From Gammaproteobacteria bacterium (GTDB lineage Bacteria > Pseudomonadota > Gammaproteobacteria > Steroidobacterales > Steroidobacteraceae), in contig JANYHD010000039.1 in the NCBI GenBank assembly GCA_025359205.1, forward strand, positions 80,292-144,291: 64,000 nucleotides of DNA, in the 5' to 3' direction. Shown in pieces: positions 47,634-59,199 of this stretch (within the stretch, counting starts at the first letter, position 1; every line of letters starts with the position of its first letter). Under the pieces are notes generated by a model, which had not been told where the DNA came from, made no database searches, and worked only from the letters and a program-made list of their open reading frames with translations. Made by a program: the position numbers and the translations under genes.

Positions 47634-48764
47634 ATGCCCGTGACCATTGGCGCGCTCCGCGAAAGCGTGCCCGGCGAAACCCGCGTAAGCATCGTGCCCG
47701 AGGTGGCCGGCAAGCTGGCCGCGGCCGGGGCGCGCGTGCTGATCGAACGGGGAGCCGGCGTCAAAGCCCAGTTCCCGGATGCCCTGTACCAGAAAGCCGA
47801 GTGGGCCGACTCGGCCGCCCAGGTCCTGGCGCAGGCCGACATCCTGCTGACCGTGCAGCCGCCGGACCTGGCGCTGATTGGCGCCCTGCGGCCGGGCAGC
47901 GTGGTCATCGGCTTCATGCAGGCGCATGCGCGCAGCACGGAGGTCAAGGCGCTGCGCGACCGGCGCGTCACCAGCTTCGCGATGGAACTGGTGCCGCGCA
48001 TCTCGCGCGCCCAGTCCATGGACGCGCTCTCCTCGCAAGCGGCGATCGCGGGCTACAAGGCGGTGCTGATCGCAGCCAACACGCTTGATCGCTTCCTGCC
48101 GATGCTGACGACCGCGGCCGGCACCATTCGTCCGGCGCAGGTGCTGATCGTCGGCGTCGGCGTCGCGGGCCTGCAGGCGATCGCCACGGCGCGCCGCCTC
48201 GGCGCGATCGTCGAAGCCTATGACGTGCGCAGCGCGACCCGCGAACAGGTCAAGTCGCTGGGCGCAAAGTTCATCGAGACCGGCGTGTCGGCCGAAGGCA
48301 CCGGTGGCTACGCGCGCGAGCTCACCGCGGAAGAGAAAGCCAAGCAGCAGGAAGTGCTCGAGGGACGCATCGCCGTGGCCGACGCCGTGATCACCACGGC
48401 CGCCATTCCAGGACGCCCGGCGCCGCGCATCGTCTCGCGCGCCGCGGTCGAGCGCATGAAGGCTGGCGCGGTGATCGTCGACATCCCGGCCGAATCCGGC
48501 GGCAACTGCGAACTGACGCGGGCCGGCGAGACCGTGGTGCACAACGGCGTGAAGATCGTGGGTCCCGTGAACCTGCCCGCGCAGCTCGCCTATCACGCCA
48601 GCGAAATGTATTCGCGCAACCTGCTCAACTTCCTCAAGCCCGCGCTCGACAAAGACGGCGCGCTGGCCATCGACTGGAACGACGAGGTCTTCGCGCAGTC
48701 CTGCCTCACGCACGACGGCGCCATCAAACACGAAGCCACGCGCAAAGCCGTGGAGGGAACATGA
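47634..48764 (+). CDS. pntAA: NAD(P) transhydrogenase subunit alpha, part 1 (dI domain)
   Basis: 376 aa, alanine-dehydrogenase-like fold, VLIVGVGVAGLQAIATARRLGA Rossmann motif. GGGAG SD upstream. Confidence 0.93.
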   Translation: MPVTIGALRESVPGETRVSIVPEVAGKLAAAGARVLIERGAGVKAQFPDALYQKAEWADSAAQVLAQADILLTVQPPDLALIGALRPGSVVIGFMQAHARSTEVKALRDRRVTSFAMELVPRISRAQSMDALSSQAAIAGYKAVLIAANTLDRFLPMLTTAAGTIRPAQVLIVGVGVAGLQAIATARRLGAIVEAYDVRSATREQVKSLGAKFIETGVSAEGTGGYARELTAEEKAKQQEVLEGRIAVADAVITTAAIPGRPAPRIVSRAAVERMKAGAVIVDIPAESGGNCELTRAGETVVHNGVKIVGPVNLPAQLAYHASEMYSRNLLNFLKPALDKDGALAIDWNDEVFAQSCLTHDGAIKHEATRKAVEGT

Positions 48765-49081
48765 CCCCCATAGTTGCCATCACCGGCATCGTTGCCCTGT
48801 ATATCTTCATGCTGGCGGCGTTCGCCGGCTACGAAGTCATTGCCAAGGTGCCGGTGATCCTGCACACGCCACTGATGTCCGGCTCGAACTTCGTGCACGG
48901 CATCGTGCTGGTCGGCGCAATGGTGGCGCTCGGCGGCGCGCACACGACGCTGGAGAAGATCATCGGCGCCGTGGGCGTGTTCATGGCCGCGGGCAACGCG
49001 GCCGGCGGCTACGTCGTCACCGAGCGCATGCTCGAGATGTTCAAGTCGAGTGGCGCCCGCAAGAAGCCGGGAGGCCACTGA
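48761..49081 (+). CDS. pntAB: NAD(P) transhydrogenase subunit alpha, part 2 (membrane)
   Basis: 106 aa, three TM helices, HTPLMSGSNFVHGIV motif. 4-nt overlap with pntAA. Confidence 0.9.
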   Translation: MTPIVAITGIVALYIFMLAAFAGYEVIAKVPVILHTPLMSGSNFVHGIVLVGAMVALGGAHTTLEKIIGAVGVFMAAGNAAGGYVVTERMLEMFKSSGARKKPGGH

Positions 49082-50484
49082 TGGAGACCTCGCTGATGGG
49101 CGCCGATGGCAGGCAGTGGCTGATCCAGATCAGCTACCTGGTCACCGCGTTCCTGTTCATCATGGGCCTCAAGCGCATGAGCTCGCCGGTCACGGCGCGC
49201 AGCGGCATCGTCTGGGCCGGCGCCGGCATGCTGGTGGCTACGCTATTCACTTTCCTGTATCCGGGACTTGGCAACTTCGAGTGGCTGCTGCCGGCGATCA
49301 TTGCCGGCACTGCGCTTGCCTGGTGGAGCGGGCAACGCGTGGCGATGACCAACATGCCGCAGATGATCGCGCTCTACAACGGCTTCGGCGGCGGCGCCGC
49401 GGCGGCGATCGCCGCAGTCGAGCTGTACCGCGGCGAGCACATGACGGCGACCATGTCGACGCTGGCGGTGGTTGGTGCGCTGATCGGCGCGATCTCGTTC
49501 AGCGGCAGCCTGGTTGCCTTCGGCAAGCTGCAGGGCCTGATCAAGCGCTCGTTCCGCTTCAATGGCCAGAACATCGTCAACCTGCTGGTGATTGCCGCGA
49601 CCGTGACGGTCGGCGTGTTCATCGCCAGCGGCTGGCACGCGGACATGTTCCACGTCACGCTGTTCTTCCTGCTGGCGCTGCTGTTCGGCGTGCTGATGAC
49701 GCTGCCGATTGGCGGCGCCGACATGCCGGTCGTGATCTCGATGTACAACGCCTTCACCGGCCTCGCGGTCGCGTTCGAAGGCTTCGTGATGCAGAACGCC
49801 GCGATGATCATCGCCGGCACGGTGGTCGGCTCGGCCGGCACGCTGCTGACGCAGCTGATGGCGCGCGCCATGAACCGCTCGCTCGGCAACGTGCTGTTCT
49901 CGGGCTTCGGCGATACGGGCGGCGCAGCCGCCGCCGGCGGCACGGTGAGCGGCAGCATGAAGCCGATCGAGGCCGCCGACGTCGGCGTGATGATGGCCTT
50001 CGCGCAGAAGGTGATCGTCGTGCCGGGCTACGGCATGGCGGTGGCGCAGGCGCAGCACAAGGTGTGGGAGCTGTGCCAGCTGCTGATCGAGCGCGGCGTG
50101 ATGGTGCGCTTTGCGATCCATCCGGTGGCAGGCCGCATGCCCGGTCACATGAATGTGCTGCTCGCGGAAGCAGGCGTGCCTTACGATCTGATCGCCGACC
50201 TCGATGAAATCAACGCCGAGTTCGAGACCGCGGACGTGGCGCTGATCATCGGCGCCAATGACGTGGTCAACCCGGTCGCGCGCAACGACAAGTCCAGCCC
50301 GATATACGGCATGCCGATCCTGAACGCCGACAAGGCCAAGAATGTGATCGTCATCAAGCGCGGCCAGGGCGCGGGTTTCTCCGGCATTGAGAATGCGCTG
50401 TTCTATCTCGACAACACGCGCATGCTCTATGGCGACGGCCAGGCCGCCGCCAGCCAGCTCATCCAGGCCGTCAAAGCCGCCTGA
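49081..50484 (+). CDS. pntB: NAD(P) transhydrogenase subunit beta
   Basis: 467 aa. N-terminal polytopic domain plus C-terminal dIII (VPGYGMAVAQAQH, HPVAGRMPGHMNVLLAEA, GANDVVNP). TGATG overlap with pntAB. Confidence 0.95.
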   Translation: METSLMGADGRQWLIQISYLVTAFLFIMGLKRMSSPVTARSGIVWAGAGMLVATLFTFLYPGLGNFEWLLPAIIAGTALAWWSGQRVAMTNMPQMIALYNGFGGGAAAAIAAVELYRGEHMTATMSTLAVVGALIGAISFSGSLVAFGKLQGLIKRSFRFNGQNIVNLLVIAATVTVGVFIASGWHADMFHVTLFFLLALLFGVLMTLPIGGADMPVVISMYNAFTGLAVAFEGFVMQNAAMIIAGTVVGSAGTLLTQLMARAMNRSLGNVLFSGFGDTGGAAAAGGTVSGSMKPIEAADVGVMMAFAQKVIVVPGYGMAVAQAQHKVWELCQLLIERGVMVRFAIHPVAGRMPGHMNVLLAEAGVPYDLIADLDEINAEFETADVALIIGANDVVNPVARNDKSSPIYGMPILNADKAKNVIVIKRGQGAGFSGIENALFYLDNTRMLYGDGQAAASQLIQAVKAA

Positions 50485-50486
50485 TC

Positions 50487-50506
50487 GCCCGCTCGCGTAC
50501 GCGGGC
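50487..50506 (+). terminator. weak hairpin after pntB (GCCCGC-TCGCGTAC-GCGGGC)
   Basis: 6-bp GC stem read directly, followed by TGGTTG (poor U-tract). Confidence 0.25.
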
Positions 50507-50684
50507 TGGTTGACGCAGGCGTCCTCGCTGTGGCGCGGCGCGGTGCCGCCTGACACCGCGCTGTAATAAAAATCTTTCAGCGAAGCTGCAACCATTCGCG
50601 CGCCCGCGAGTATCAAAGCTAAGGCAGCAGATTGCTGCACGACACTGAAACTCTTCTAACCATGCCGAAGTCAAGGAGGCTGGT

Positions 50685-51020
50685 ATGTTGCGACCTGAAT
50701 TTTCCCGCCCACTGCTGGTGGGCCCATTGGCGGCACTGATGATTGCCCTGGCTCCAGCCGGCGCATCGGCAGGCGAGACTGCGATGATCCAGAAGTCCGT
50801 CACCGTGCGCGTGGCGGATCTCGACCTCAACAAGCCCGCTGATGCAGCGAGGCTGCAGCAGCGCATCCGCCGCGCCGCCGCGATGGCCTGCAGTGACGGG
50901 CTCACGCCTGGTTCGCCGGGCGCGTCGGAACCAGACCGCGACTGCATGGCAAGTGCCATCGCCACTGCGCTCGCCAACGTCAAATCCGCAGCCGTGGCGT
51001 ACGCGCCGAGGAGCAAGTAA
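50685..51020 (+). CDS. UrcA-family secreted protein
   Basis: Signal peptide, then VRVADLDLNKPADAARLQQRIRRAAAMAC...C pattern (UrcA motif as I recall it). AGGAGG SD upstream. Confidence 0.7.
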   Translation: MLRPEFSRPLLVGPLAALMIALAPAGASAGETAMIQKSVTVRVADLDLNKPADAARLQQRIRRAAAMACSDGLTPGSPGASEPDRDCMASAIATALANVKSAAVAYAPRSK

Positions 51021-51436
51021 TGAAAGCCAGTAAATTTGCACGCCTGGCGGGCTTAGGGCTGCTCGCCATCGGCGCCACGATCGTGCAGGCCTCGTTCGTC
51101 AACGCTGCGTCTGCCGGCGTGCCGGCGGGGCAGCTGGCGGTCCGCATCAGTGACCTCGACCTCAACAAGAGTGCGGACGTCGCGCGACTCTACAAGCGCA
51201 TCCGCGCTGCGGCCGAAACCGCCTGCGGCGTTGACTCACTCACCGGCACGCGGCTGCTCAACAACGGCCAGCGCAACTGCGTCGAGGAAGCTGTCGGCAC
51301 TGCGGTGGCGCAGGTACACAACGAGCAGTTGTCGGCCTATCACCAACTGGGGCCGAAGGGCCTCAAGGCAGTGGCACGCCCGGGCTCAGCCGGCAAGGAC
51401 AGCCTGTCCGGCGTCACCCACCGCGACCACGATTGA
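51020..51436 (+). CDS. UrcA-family secreted protein (tandem paralogue)
   Basis: Signal peptide, then VRISDLDLNKSADVARLYKRIRAAAETAC..NCVEEAV. The ATG overlaps the previous stop (TAATG). Confidence 0.7.
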   Translation: MKASKFARLAGLGLLAIGATIVQASFVNAASAGVPAGQLAVRISDLDLNKSADVARLYKRIRAAAETACGVDSLTGTRLLNNGQRNCVEEAVGTAVAQVHNEQLSAYHQLGPKGLKAVARPGSAGKDSLSGVTHRDHD

Positions 51437-51479
51437 TTCCGAAGCTGACTGCGGCGGCACCGGCCGCGGCTTACGCTTT

Positions 51480-52034
51480 TCAGCGCAGGTCGCGGCGGTG
51501 CTCGCGCCGCTGCTCGAGCCGCTCACGCATGTGCGCGCGCTCCGCGGGCGTTGCCTCGAGCCAGCGCCGGCGCAGCATGCGACGCTTCCACGGCGGCAGC
51601 TGCGCGTAAGCGCGGAAGTTCTCGCGCACCAGCGCCTGCGAGTCAGGATCGAGCTGCTGGAAGCGCTCCCAGCGACGCCGGATCAGTTCGCGCCGCTCTT
51701 CCGGCAGCGCGCGCCAGGTCTGGAAGCGCTCACGCGCCTGATCGCGCTGCGTCGGATCCATCTGCAGCCAGCGCTTGGCACCGCGCGCTAGCGCGTGCTG
51801 CCGCGCAGGCGCCAGCGTGTCCCAGTCCTGCGCATGGCTCTGCAGCAGCTGCCGCTGTTCCGCGGGCAGCGATTTCCACGCCAGCGGCGCCGGGGGCACG
51901 GGCGTGGCGGGCGCGAGCGGTCCGACTGCAGTCTCGGGAGCCGCAGCATCGCCAGCCGCGTCGGCCCAGGCAACTGGCATGCCGCCGGCGAGCGCGAACG
52001 ACGCGCACAGTATCCACGGATGTTTGAACTTCAT
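51480..52034 (-). CDS. DUF3106-like secreted protein (repeated W..L....R helical motifs)
   Basis: Signal peptide MKFKHPWILCASFALAGG. Repeats: WKSLPAEQRQLL, RWLQMDPTQRDQARERFQTW, RRRWERFQQLDP, RRRWLEATPAE. Confidence 0.7.
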   Translation of the reverse strand: MKFKHPWILCASFALAGGMPVAWADAAGDAAAPETAVGPLAPATPVPPAPLAWKSLPAEQRQLLQSHAQDWDTLAPARQHALARGAKRWLQMDPTQRDQARERFQTWRALPEERRELIRRRWERFQQLDPDSQALVRENFRAYAQLPPWKRRMLRRRWLEATPAERAHMRERLEQRREHRRDLR

Positions 52035-52327
52035 GACTGCTTCACCTTGCGAGGCACGTTCAGGGCGGGCGGCGGATTGGCGGGCGCCGCCGGTTGCGCG
52101 GGCGTTGCCGGCTGCAAGGGCGGCCCAGTAGGGTGCGCGGCTGCCGGCTTGACCAGCTTGTCGACGTCGGTGGAGGCGAGGTAGTCATGCCAACCAGCTT
52201 CGTTCGAATCCACCGAACCGAGATATTCCAGCAGGTCGGCGTCCGTCGCCTTGTCGGCGGCGTGCAGCGGCGCCACCGCGAGCGCGCTGCCGCACACCAG
52301 GCCGAGCGCCTGCCATGCCAGTTTCAC
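52031..52327 (-). CDS. small secreted hypothetical protein
   Basis: Signal peptide MKLAWQALGLVCGSALAVAPLHA and a Pro-rich C-terminus. 4-nt overlaps with both neighbours. Confidence 0.6.
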   Translation of the reverse strand: MKLAWQALGLVCGSALAVAPLHAADKATDADLLEYLGSVDSNEAGWHDYLASTDVDKLVKPAAAHPTGPPLQPATPAQPAAPANPPPALNVPRKVKQS

Positions 52328-52764
52328 GAGCCGACTCCCGGGCCGGCATCATCCTGCGCGGCACTCACGGCCCAGGCGTAAAACTCGTAGTCGACGTCGG
52401 CGTCGGCATCGGCGGTGCCCTGATCCTGCGCGAGCGCGAGCGCGTCGCGGTCGACGAGCAGCTCCAGGTCGTCGCCAGTGGCCACGCCCGTGACGCTGGC
52501 CTGCTGCACTTGCGGAGCATGCGGCGCAGCAACCAGCAGCAGCACTCCCAGCACCGCAGCCGACACGGCGCCGGCTGGCAAAGCGCGCTGCCACAGTGCG
52601 CGCGTGCCCGCCGTGCGGACGGCCGCGTGCTGTTCGAGCGCGGCATAGCGCGCCCGCGTCAGGCGCGAGCGGGTGCGCGCGGGCAGCGCGGCGGCGCTGG
52701 CTTCGAGCAGCTCGCGCGTACGCCGTGCAAATTCGGCACTGGCCGGATCCAGTTCTTCGCTCAT
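52324..52764 (-). CDS. DUF3619-like membrane protein (putative anti-sigma/regulatory partner)
   Basis: Start at ATG 52764 (MSEELDPASAEFARRTRELL), single TM AVSAAVLGVLLLVAA. 4-nt overlap with the sigma factor gene. Confidence 0.65.
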   Translation of the reverse strand: MSEELDPASAEFARRTRELLEASAAALPARTRSRLTRARYAALEQHAAVRTAGTRALWQRALPAGAVSAAVLGVLLLVAAPHAPQVQQASVTGVATGDDLELLVDRDALALAQDQGTADADADVDYEFYAWAVSAAQDDAGPGVGS

Positions 52765-53384
52765 GCCCAATACTCCCCGAGCTGCGCGCGCAGTGCCTGC
52801 AGCGCGCGGAAATAATGCGTCTTTACGCTGCCCGCCGAGCAGCCCATCGCCTGCGCCGTCGCCTCGACGTCGAGGCCTTCGAAATTTCGCAGCAGGAACG
52901 CCTGCCGTTGCCGCGCCGGGAGCGCCGCCAGCGCCACCTCGAGCGCCTGCAGCGTCTCGCCCGCCTGCACGCGATCCTCCGGCAACGGGGCCGGATCGGG
53001 CGCCTGCTCGAGCGGATCTGCCGCGTCTTCGTCGCCGCCGCCGCCCGCCCACGGCAACCAGGACATCACGCGGCCGCGCACCGTGCGGCGTCGCTGCGCG
53101 TCGCGCACGCAATTCTCGAGTATCCGGTAGAAAAGCGGCGCCCACTCTTCCGCCGGCCGCCGCGCATAATTACGCACCAGGCGCAGCATCGCGTCCTGCA
53201 CCGCGTCGAGCGCGTCGTCTTCATGACGCAAAGCGATCTGTGCGATCCTGAACGCCTTGCGTTCGACGGCGGCCAGAAAGCTCTCCAGCGAGCGGGTTTC
53301 CTGCTGCGTCGATTCCAGCAAATCCGTATTCCTGAGCGCGAGGAGGCTCGTGGTGTCGGCCAGCAATGTAGCAAACGCGTTCAT
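52761..53384 (-). CDS. ECF-type RNA polymerase sigma factor
   Basis: Region 2 (DALDAVQDAMLRLVRNY..W..LFYRILENCVRD) and region 4 (LPARQRQAFLLRNFEGLDVEATAQAMGCSAGSVKTHYFRALQALR). Confidence 0.9.
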   Translation of the reverse strand: MNAFATLLADTTSLLALRNTDLLESTQQETRSLESFLAAVERKAFRIAQIALRHEDDALDAVQDAMLRLVRNYARRPAEEWAPLFYRILENCVRDAQRRRTVRGRVMSWLPWAGGGGDEDAADPLEQAPDPAPLPEDRVQAGETLQALEVALAALPARQRQAFLLRNFEGLDVEATAQAMGCSAGSVKTHYFRALQALRAQLGEYWA

Positions 53385-53665
53385 GGCTGATTAGCAGAAC
53401 GGGTCACAGGGCTGGCGGTTGACAGGGGACAGTCTTGACCGGAGTTTGCGCCAGAATCATCCACTTACGCACCTCAGCGCAGGTCGGTTCGCGACGGCGG
53501 CGCGGCGCCAGGCGATTTCTGGCCGCATGGATTTCAACTCAATGAATTTATTGACATTTCCAACCCAGTTTTCGTGGATTTCCGGTTCCAGCAGGCTGGC
53601 GGGAGCGCTTTGGGCCGGTTTTCAGCGTGGCTCCGTCCACAGACTTATCCACATGCCGGGCCACC

Positions 53666-55951
<2,286 letters not shown>

Positions 55952-56010
55952 GCTTATCGATGCAATGAGGCTGGCCATACGATGACGGATATCCTTAAAC
56001 TGCGCGCCCT

Positions 56011-57768
56011 ATGAAAACCGAGCTGGAAGAACTGCTGGCGCAGGCGCTGGCGCGCCTTGAGGGAAGCACTCTTGGCGTACCGGTGGACCGTTCGACCATC
56101 GTCGTCGAACGCGCGCGCGACGCGCAGCACGGCGACTACGCCAGCAACATCGCCATGCGGCTGGCGAAGGCCGCGGGTCTCCGTCCACGCGAACTGGCCG
56201 AGGCGATCGTGGCCGCGCTCCCGGCGAGCCCGCTGCTGGCGAGCGTGGAGGTGGCCGGCGCCGGCTTCATCAATTTTTATCTCGCGCCCGCGGCGCAGTT
56301 CGACACGCTGCGGTGCGTGCTCGAACAGGGCGAGCGCTATGGAACCAGCGATGCAGGGCGCGGCCAGCGGGTCATGGTGGAATTCGTGTCCGCGAACCCC
56401 ACCGGCCCCTTGCACGTGGGCCATGGCCGGCAGGCGGCCTACGGGGCGACGCTGGCGAACCTGCTGCGGGCCACGGGTCACGCCGTGCAGCGCGAGTACT
56501 ACATCAACGACGCGGGCCGCCAGGTCGACATCCTGACGGCGAGCGTGTGGGTGCGCTACCTGCAGGCCGCCGGCTCAACGCTGCCGTTCCCGCAGAACGG
56601 CTACCGCGCTGATTACGTCAACGCGATCGCGGCGAGCCTGCGTGCGGCGCGCGGCGCCACGCTCGAGCATTCGCTGGCGGACGTGCTCGAAGGCCTCCCG
56701 GCGGACGCGCCGGCGGGCGACAAGGAACTCTATATCGACGCGCTCATCGCGCGGATGCGCGCACTGCTCGGCGCGGCCGACTACGAGGCCGTTCTGGAGC
56801 TGTCGCTCGCGGCGATGCTCGCCGACATCCGTGCGGACCTCGCCGCCTTCGGCGTGGAGTTCGAACTGTGGTCCTCGGAACGCGCGCTGGCGCGCTCGGG
56901 CGCGGTGGAGCGCACGCTCGCGCGCCTCGCCGCGCTGGGCCAGACCTACGAAAAGGACGGCGCGCTGTGGCTGCGCACCACCACGCACGGCGACAGCGAA
57001 GATCGCGTGCTGGTACGCGCCAACGGCGCGCAGACCTATTTCGCGCCCGACCTCAGCTACCACATCGACAAGCGCGCGCGCGGCTTCGAACTGATGATCG
57101 ACGTCTGGGGCGCCGACCACCACGGCTACGTTGATCGCATGCGCGCCGGGCTGGTCGCGCTCGGCGAGCCGGGCGAGTGCTTCGAAGTCTGCCTGATGCA
57201 GTTCGTCAGCCTGTACCGCGGCGGGGAAAAGATCCCCATGGGCAAGCGCGACGGCCAGTTCGTCACGCTGCGCCAGCTGCGCGAGGAAGTCGGCAACGAT
57301 GCCTGCCGGCTGTTCTACCTGATGCGCAGCCACGACCAGCACCTGGACTTCGACCTCGAGCTGGCCAAGTCGCGCAGCAATGACAACCCGGTCTACTACC
57401 TGCAGTACGCGTACGCGCGCGTCGCCAGTGTGATGAAGCAGCTCGCTGCGCGCGGTCTTGCCTACGACGCGACTGAGGCACTCGCCAATCTCGGCCGGCT
57501 CGACGGCCCGCACGAAGCGGCCATACTCACGGCCCTGCGCGGCTACCCCGACGTCATCGCCATGGCGGCCGCGAACCGCACGCCGCACACGCTGGTGCAC
57601 TACCTGCGCGAGCTCGCGCAGGCCTTCCACACCTGGTACAACGCCGCACAGTTCATCGTTGACGACGGCGCGACCCGCAACGCGCGCCTGGCGCTGGCGC
57701 AGGGCGTGCAGCAGGTGCTGCGCAACGGACTGGCGCTGCTCGGCGCGAGCGCGCCGGAGAGCATGTGA
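56011..57768 (+). CDS. argS: arginine--tRNA ligase
   Basis: FVSANPTGPLHVGHGR (HIGH) and MGKRDGQ (KMSK-like). 585 aa with an ..SAPESM C-terminus typical of ArgS. Confidence 0.95.
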   Translation: MKTELEELLAQALARLEGSTLGVPVDRSTIVVERARDAQHGDYASNIAMRLAKAAGLRPRELAEAIVAALPASPLLASVEVAGAGFINFYLAPAAQFDTLRCVLEQGERYGTSDAGRGQRVMVEFVSANPTGPLHVGHGRQAAYGATLANLLRATGHAVQREYYINDAGRQVDILTASVWVRYLQAAGSTLPFPQNGYRADYVNAIAASLRAARGATLEHSLADVLEGLPADAPAGDKELYIDALIARMRALLGAADYEAVLELSLAAMLADIRADLAAFGVEFELWSSERALARSGAVERTLARLAALGQTYEKDGALWLRTTTHGDSEDRVLVRANGAQTYFAPDLSYHIDKRARGFELMIDVWGADHHGYVDRMRAGLVALGEPGECFEVCLMQFVSLYRGGEKIPMGKRDGQFVTLRQLREEVGNDACRLFYLMRSHDQHLDFDLELAKSRSNDNPVYYLQYAYARVASVMKQLAARGLAYDATEALANLGRLDGPHEAAILTALRGYPDVIAMAAANRTPHTLVHYLRELAQAFHTWYNAAQFIVDDGATRNARLALAQGVQQVLRNGLALLGASAPESM

Positions 57769-58421
57769 GCAACCGCCGCCTGACCGCGCGCGATTACAAG
57801 GGCGTGCGCCGCGGCGGCTTCAACCTGGGACGCTGGCGTGACCTGGGCATTGGCTGCGGCGCCGGGCTGCTGGTGGCGTTGGTGGTCTACGTCAGCGACC
57901 ACCGTGGCGCGCAGGGCGCCGCCGAAGCCGGTAGCACGCCGACGCCGCGCCATGCCGCCACCCGCAGCGCGGGCACGACGGCCGCCGATGCCGGCGCCCT
58001 GGATGAAGCGCGCACGGGCGCAGGTACCGAGGGCCCTGCGGGCGCTGAAGGTACTGCGGGTGCCGCAGGTGCCACGGGCGCGGCTGAGAAGTACGATTTC
58101 TACGACGGCCTGCCGAAATTCGAAGTGCTCGTGCCCGAGAAGGAACACGGCACGCGGGTCGATGCCGCAGCACGCGTCAGCCGGCCCGGCACCTACTTCC
58201 TGCAGGCCGGGTCTTATCGCAACGTAGAGGACGCCAACCGTGTCCAGGCACAGCTGGCCCGCCAGAAGATCAGCGCCAACGTGCAGCGCGTCGCGCTCGA
58301 CGCCGACGTCTGGTACCGCATCCGGATCGGGCCCATCAGCGAACTCGACCAGCTCAATCGTGTGCGCCAGCAACTGCAGGCCGCCAAGATCGTCTCGCTG
58401 GTGATCCGCGTCGACGACTAG
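57765..58421 (+). CDS. SPOR-domain membrane protein
   Basis: GTG overlaps the argS stop. TM LGIGCGAGLLVALVVYV, a Gly/Ala-rich linker, and a C-terminal SPOR (YFLQAGSYRNVEDANRVQAQLA..WYRIRIGPI). Confidence 0.85.
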   Translation: MSNRRLTARDYKGVRRGGFNLGRWRDLGIGCGAGLLVALVVYVSDHRGAQGAAEAGSTPTPRHAATRSAGTTAADAGALDEARTGAGTEGPAGAEGTAGAAGATGAAEKYDFYDGLPKFEVLVPEKEHGTRVDAAARVSRPGTYFLQAGSYRNVEDANRVQAQLARQKISANVQRVALDADVWYRIRIGPISELDQLNRVRQQLQAAKIVSLVIRVDD

Positions 58422-58593
58422 GGAAGCCGCTCGACATTTGAACTGCTGGTGCTGGGCTTCCATCAGCATCTCGAGGATAGCGATAGGCGCGACGCTTTGC
58501 GGCTGGCACAACGCTAAACACAGATCTGGTACGCTGAGCCGGTGTATTAGGCGGCTTTCCAGATTGTCGGCCGCGCCGACCAGGAGAAGAAGT

Positions 58594-59172
58594 ATGTCGC
58601 AGTCCTGTGCACGTAAAGCGGTGTTGATCGCCGCGCCCTGCTTCGCGATGCTCACGGCGTCCAGCCAGGGAGCCAATGCATCACGTCTGGCTGACCCCAA
58701 TGCCACGCTCACTGCACCCTTGCCAGTGCCGGCGAATATGTTGCGGAGCAGGCCGACGCCGCTGCTCGCTCCGTCCGTGAGCAGCTGGATCGAGGCTGAG
58801 GCGCGCGCGCTTCTCACGCGTAACCTTCCCGCCGACACCATGATCCAGGTGGCGCGGGCCGACGTCATTGCGCGCTTTGCCGGACAGTCCTACACGCGCG
58901 CTGACGCCGAGACGCTGGTGCAGATGGTGATGTCCGCGGCCGCTGCGGACGCTCAGAACGACCTCGGCAATTTGCGGGCTGCGCTTCAGGCGGGCAAGAC
59001 AGGCGGGGCACCACAAGATTCAACGACGGCGCAAATGAGCGATATGAGCACGGCGGATCAGCTGAAGCTGCAGATGTACATGGAACGCAGCAACAATGCG
59101 CGGCTGGCCCTGAGCAACATCATGAAGCAGACGAGTGACACGCAGAGCACGATCACAAGCAATCTGAAGTGA
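58594..59172 (+). CDS. secreted hypothetical protein
   Basis: AGGAG lies 6-7 nt upstream of ATG 58594. Signal peptide MSQSCARKAVLIAAPCFAMLTASSQGANA. Codon usage has visibly more A/T-ending codons than neighbouring genes. Confidence 0.55.
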   Translation: MSQSCARKAVLIAAPCFAMLTASSQGANASRLADPNATLTAPLPVPANMLRSRPTPLLAPSVSSWIEAEARALLTRNLPADTMIQVARADVIARFAGQSYTRADAETLVQMVMSAAAADAQNDLGNLRAALQAGKTGGAPQDSTTAQMSDMSTADQLKLQMYMERSNNARLALSNIMKQTSDTQSTITSNLK

Positions 59173-59199
59173 CGGGGACGCGCTGCGGATGGCTCACGG

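Noticed and set aside
53586-53590. GGAAC (minus strand) upstream of the first ECF sigma gene, considered as an autoregulatory -35 element
   Set aside because: No convincing -10 (CGTC-like) lies at the right spacing, and the site is ~200 nt from the start. It is mentioned in the finding but not annotated as a feature.
59040-59172. C-terminus of the secreted orphan protein (..QLKLQMYMERSNNARLALSNIMKQTSDTQSTITSNLK) resembling type III secretion needle or filament subunit C-termini
   Set aside because: The protein has a Sec signal peptide and is about 190 aa long. No T3SS genes lie nearby. The resemblance is only a loose polar-helix pattern.
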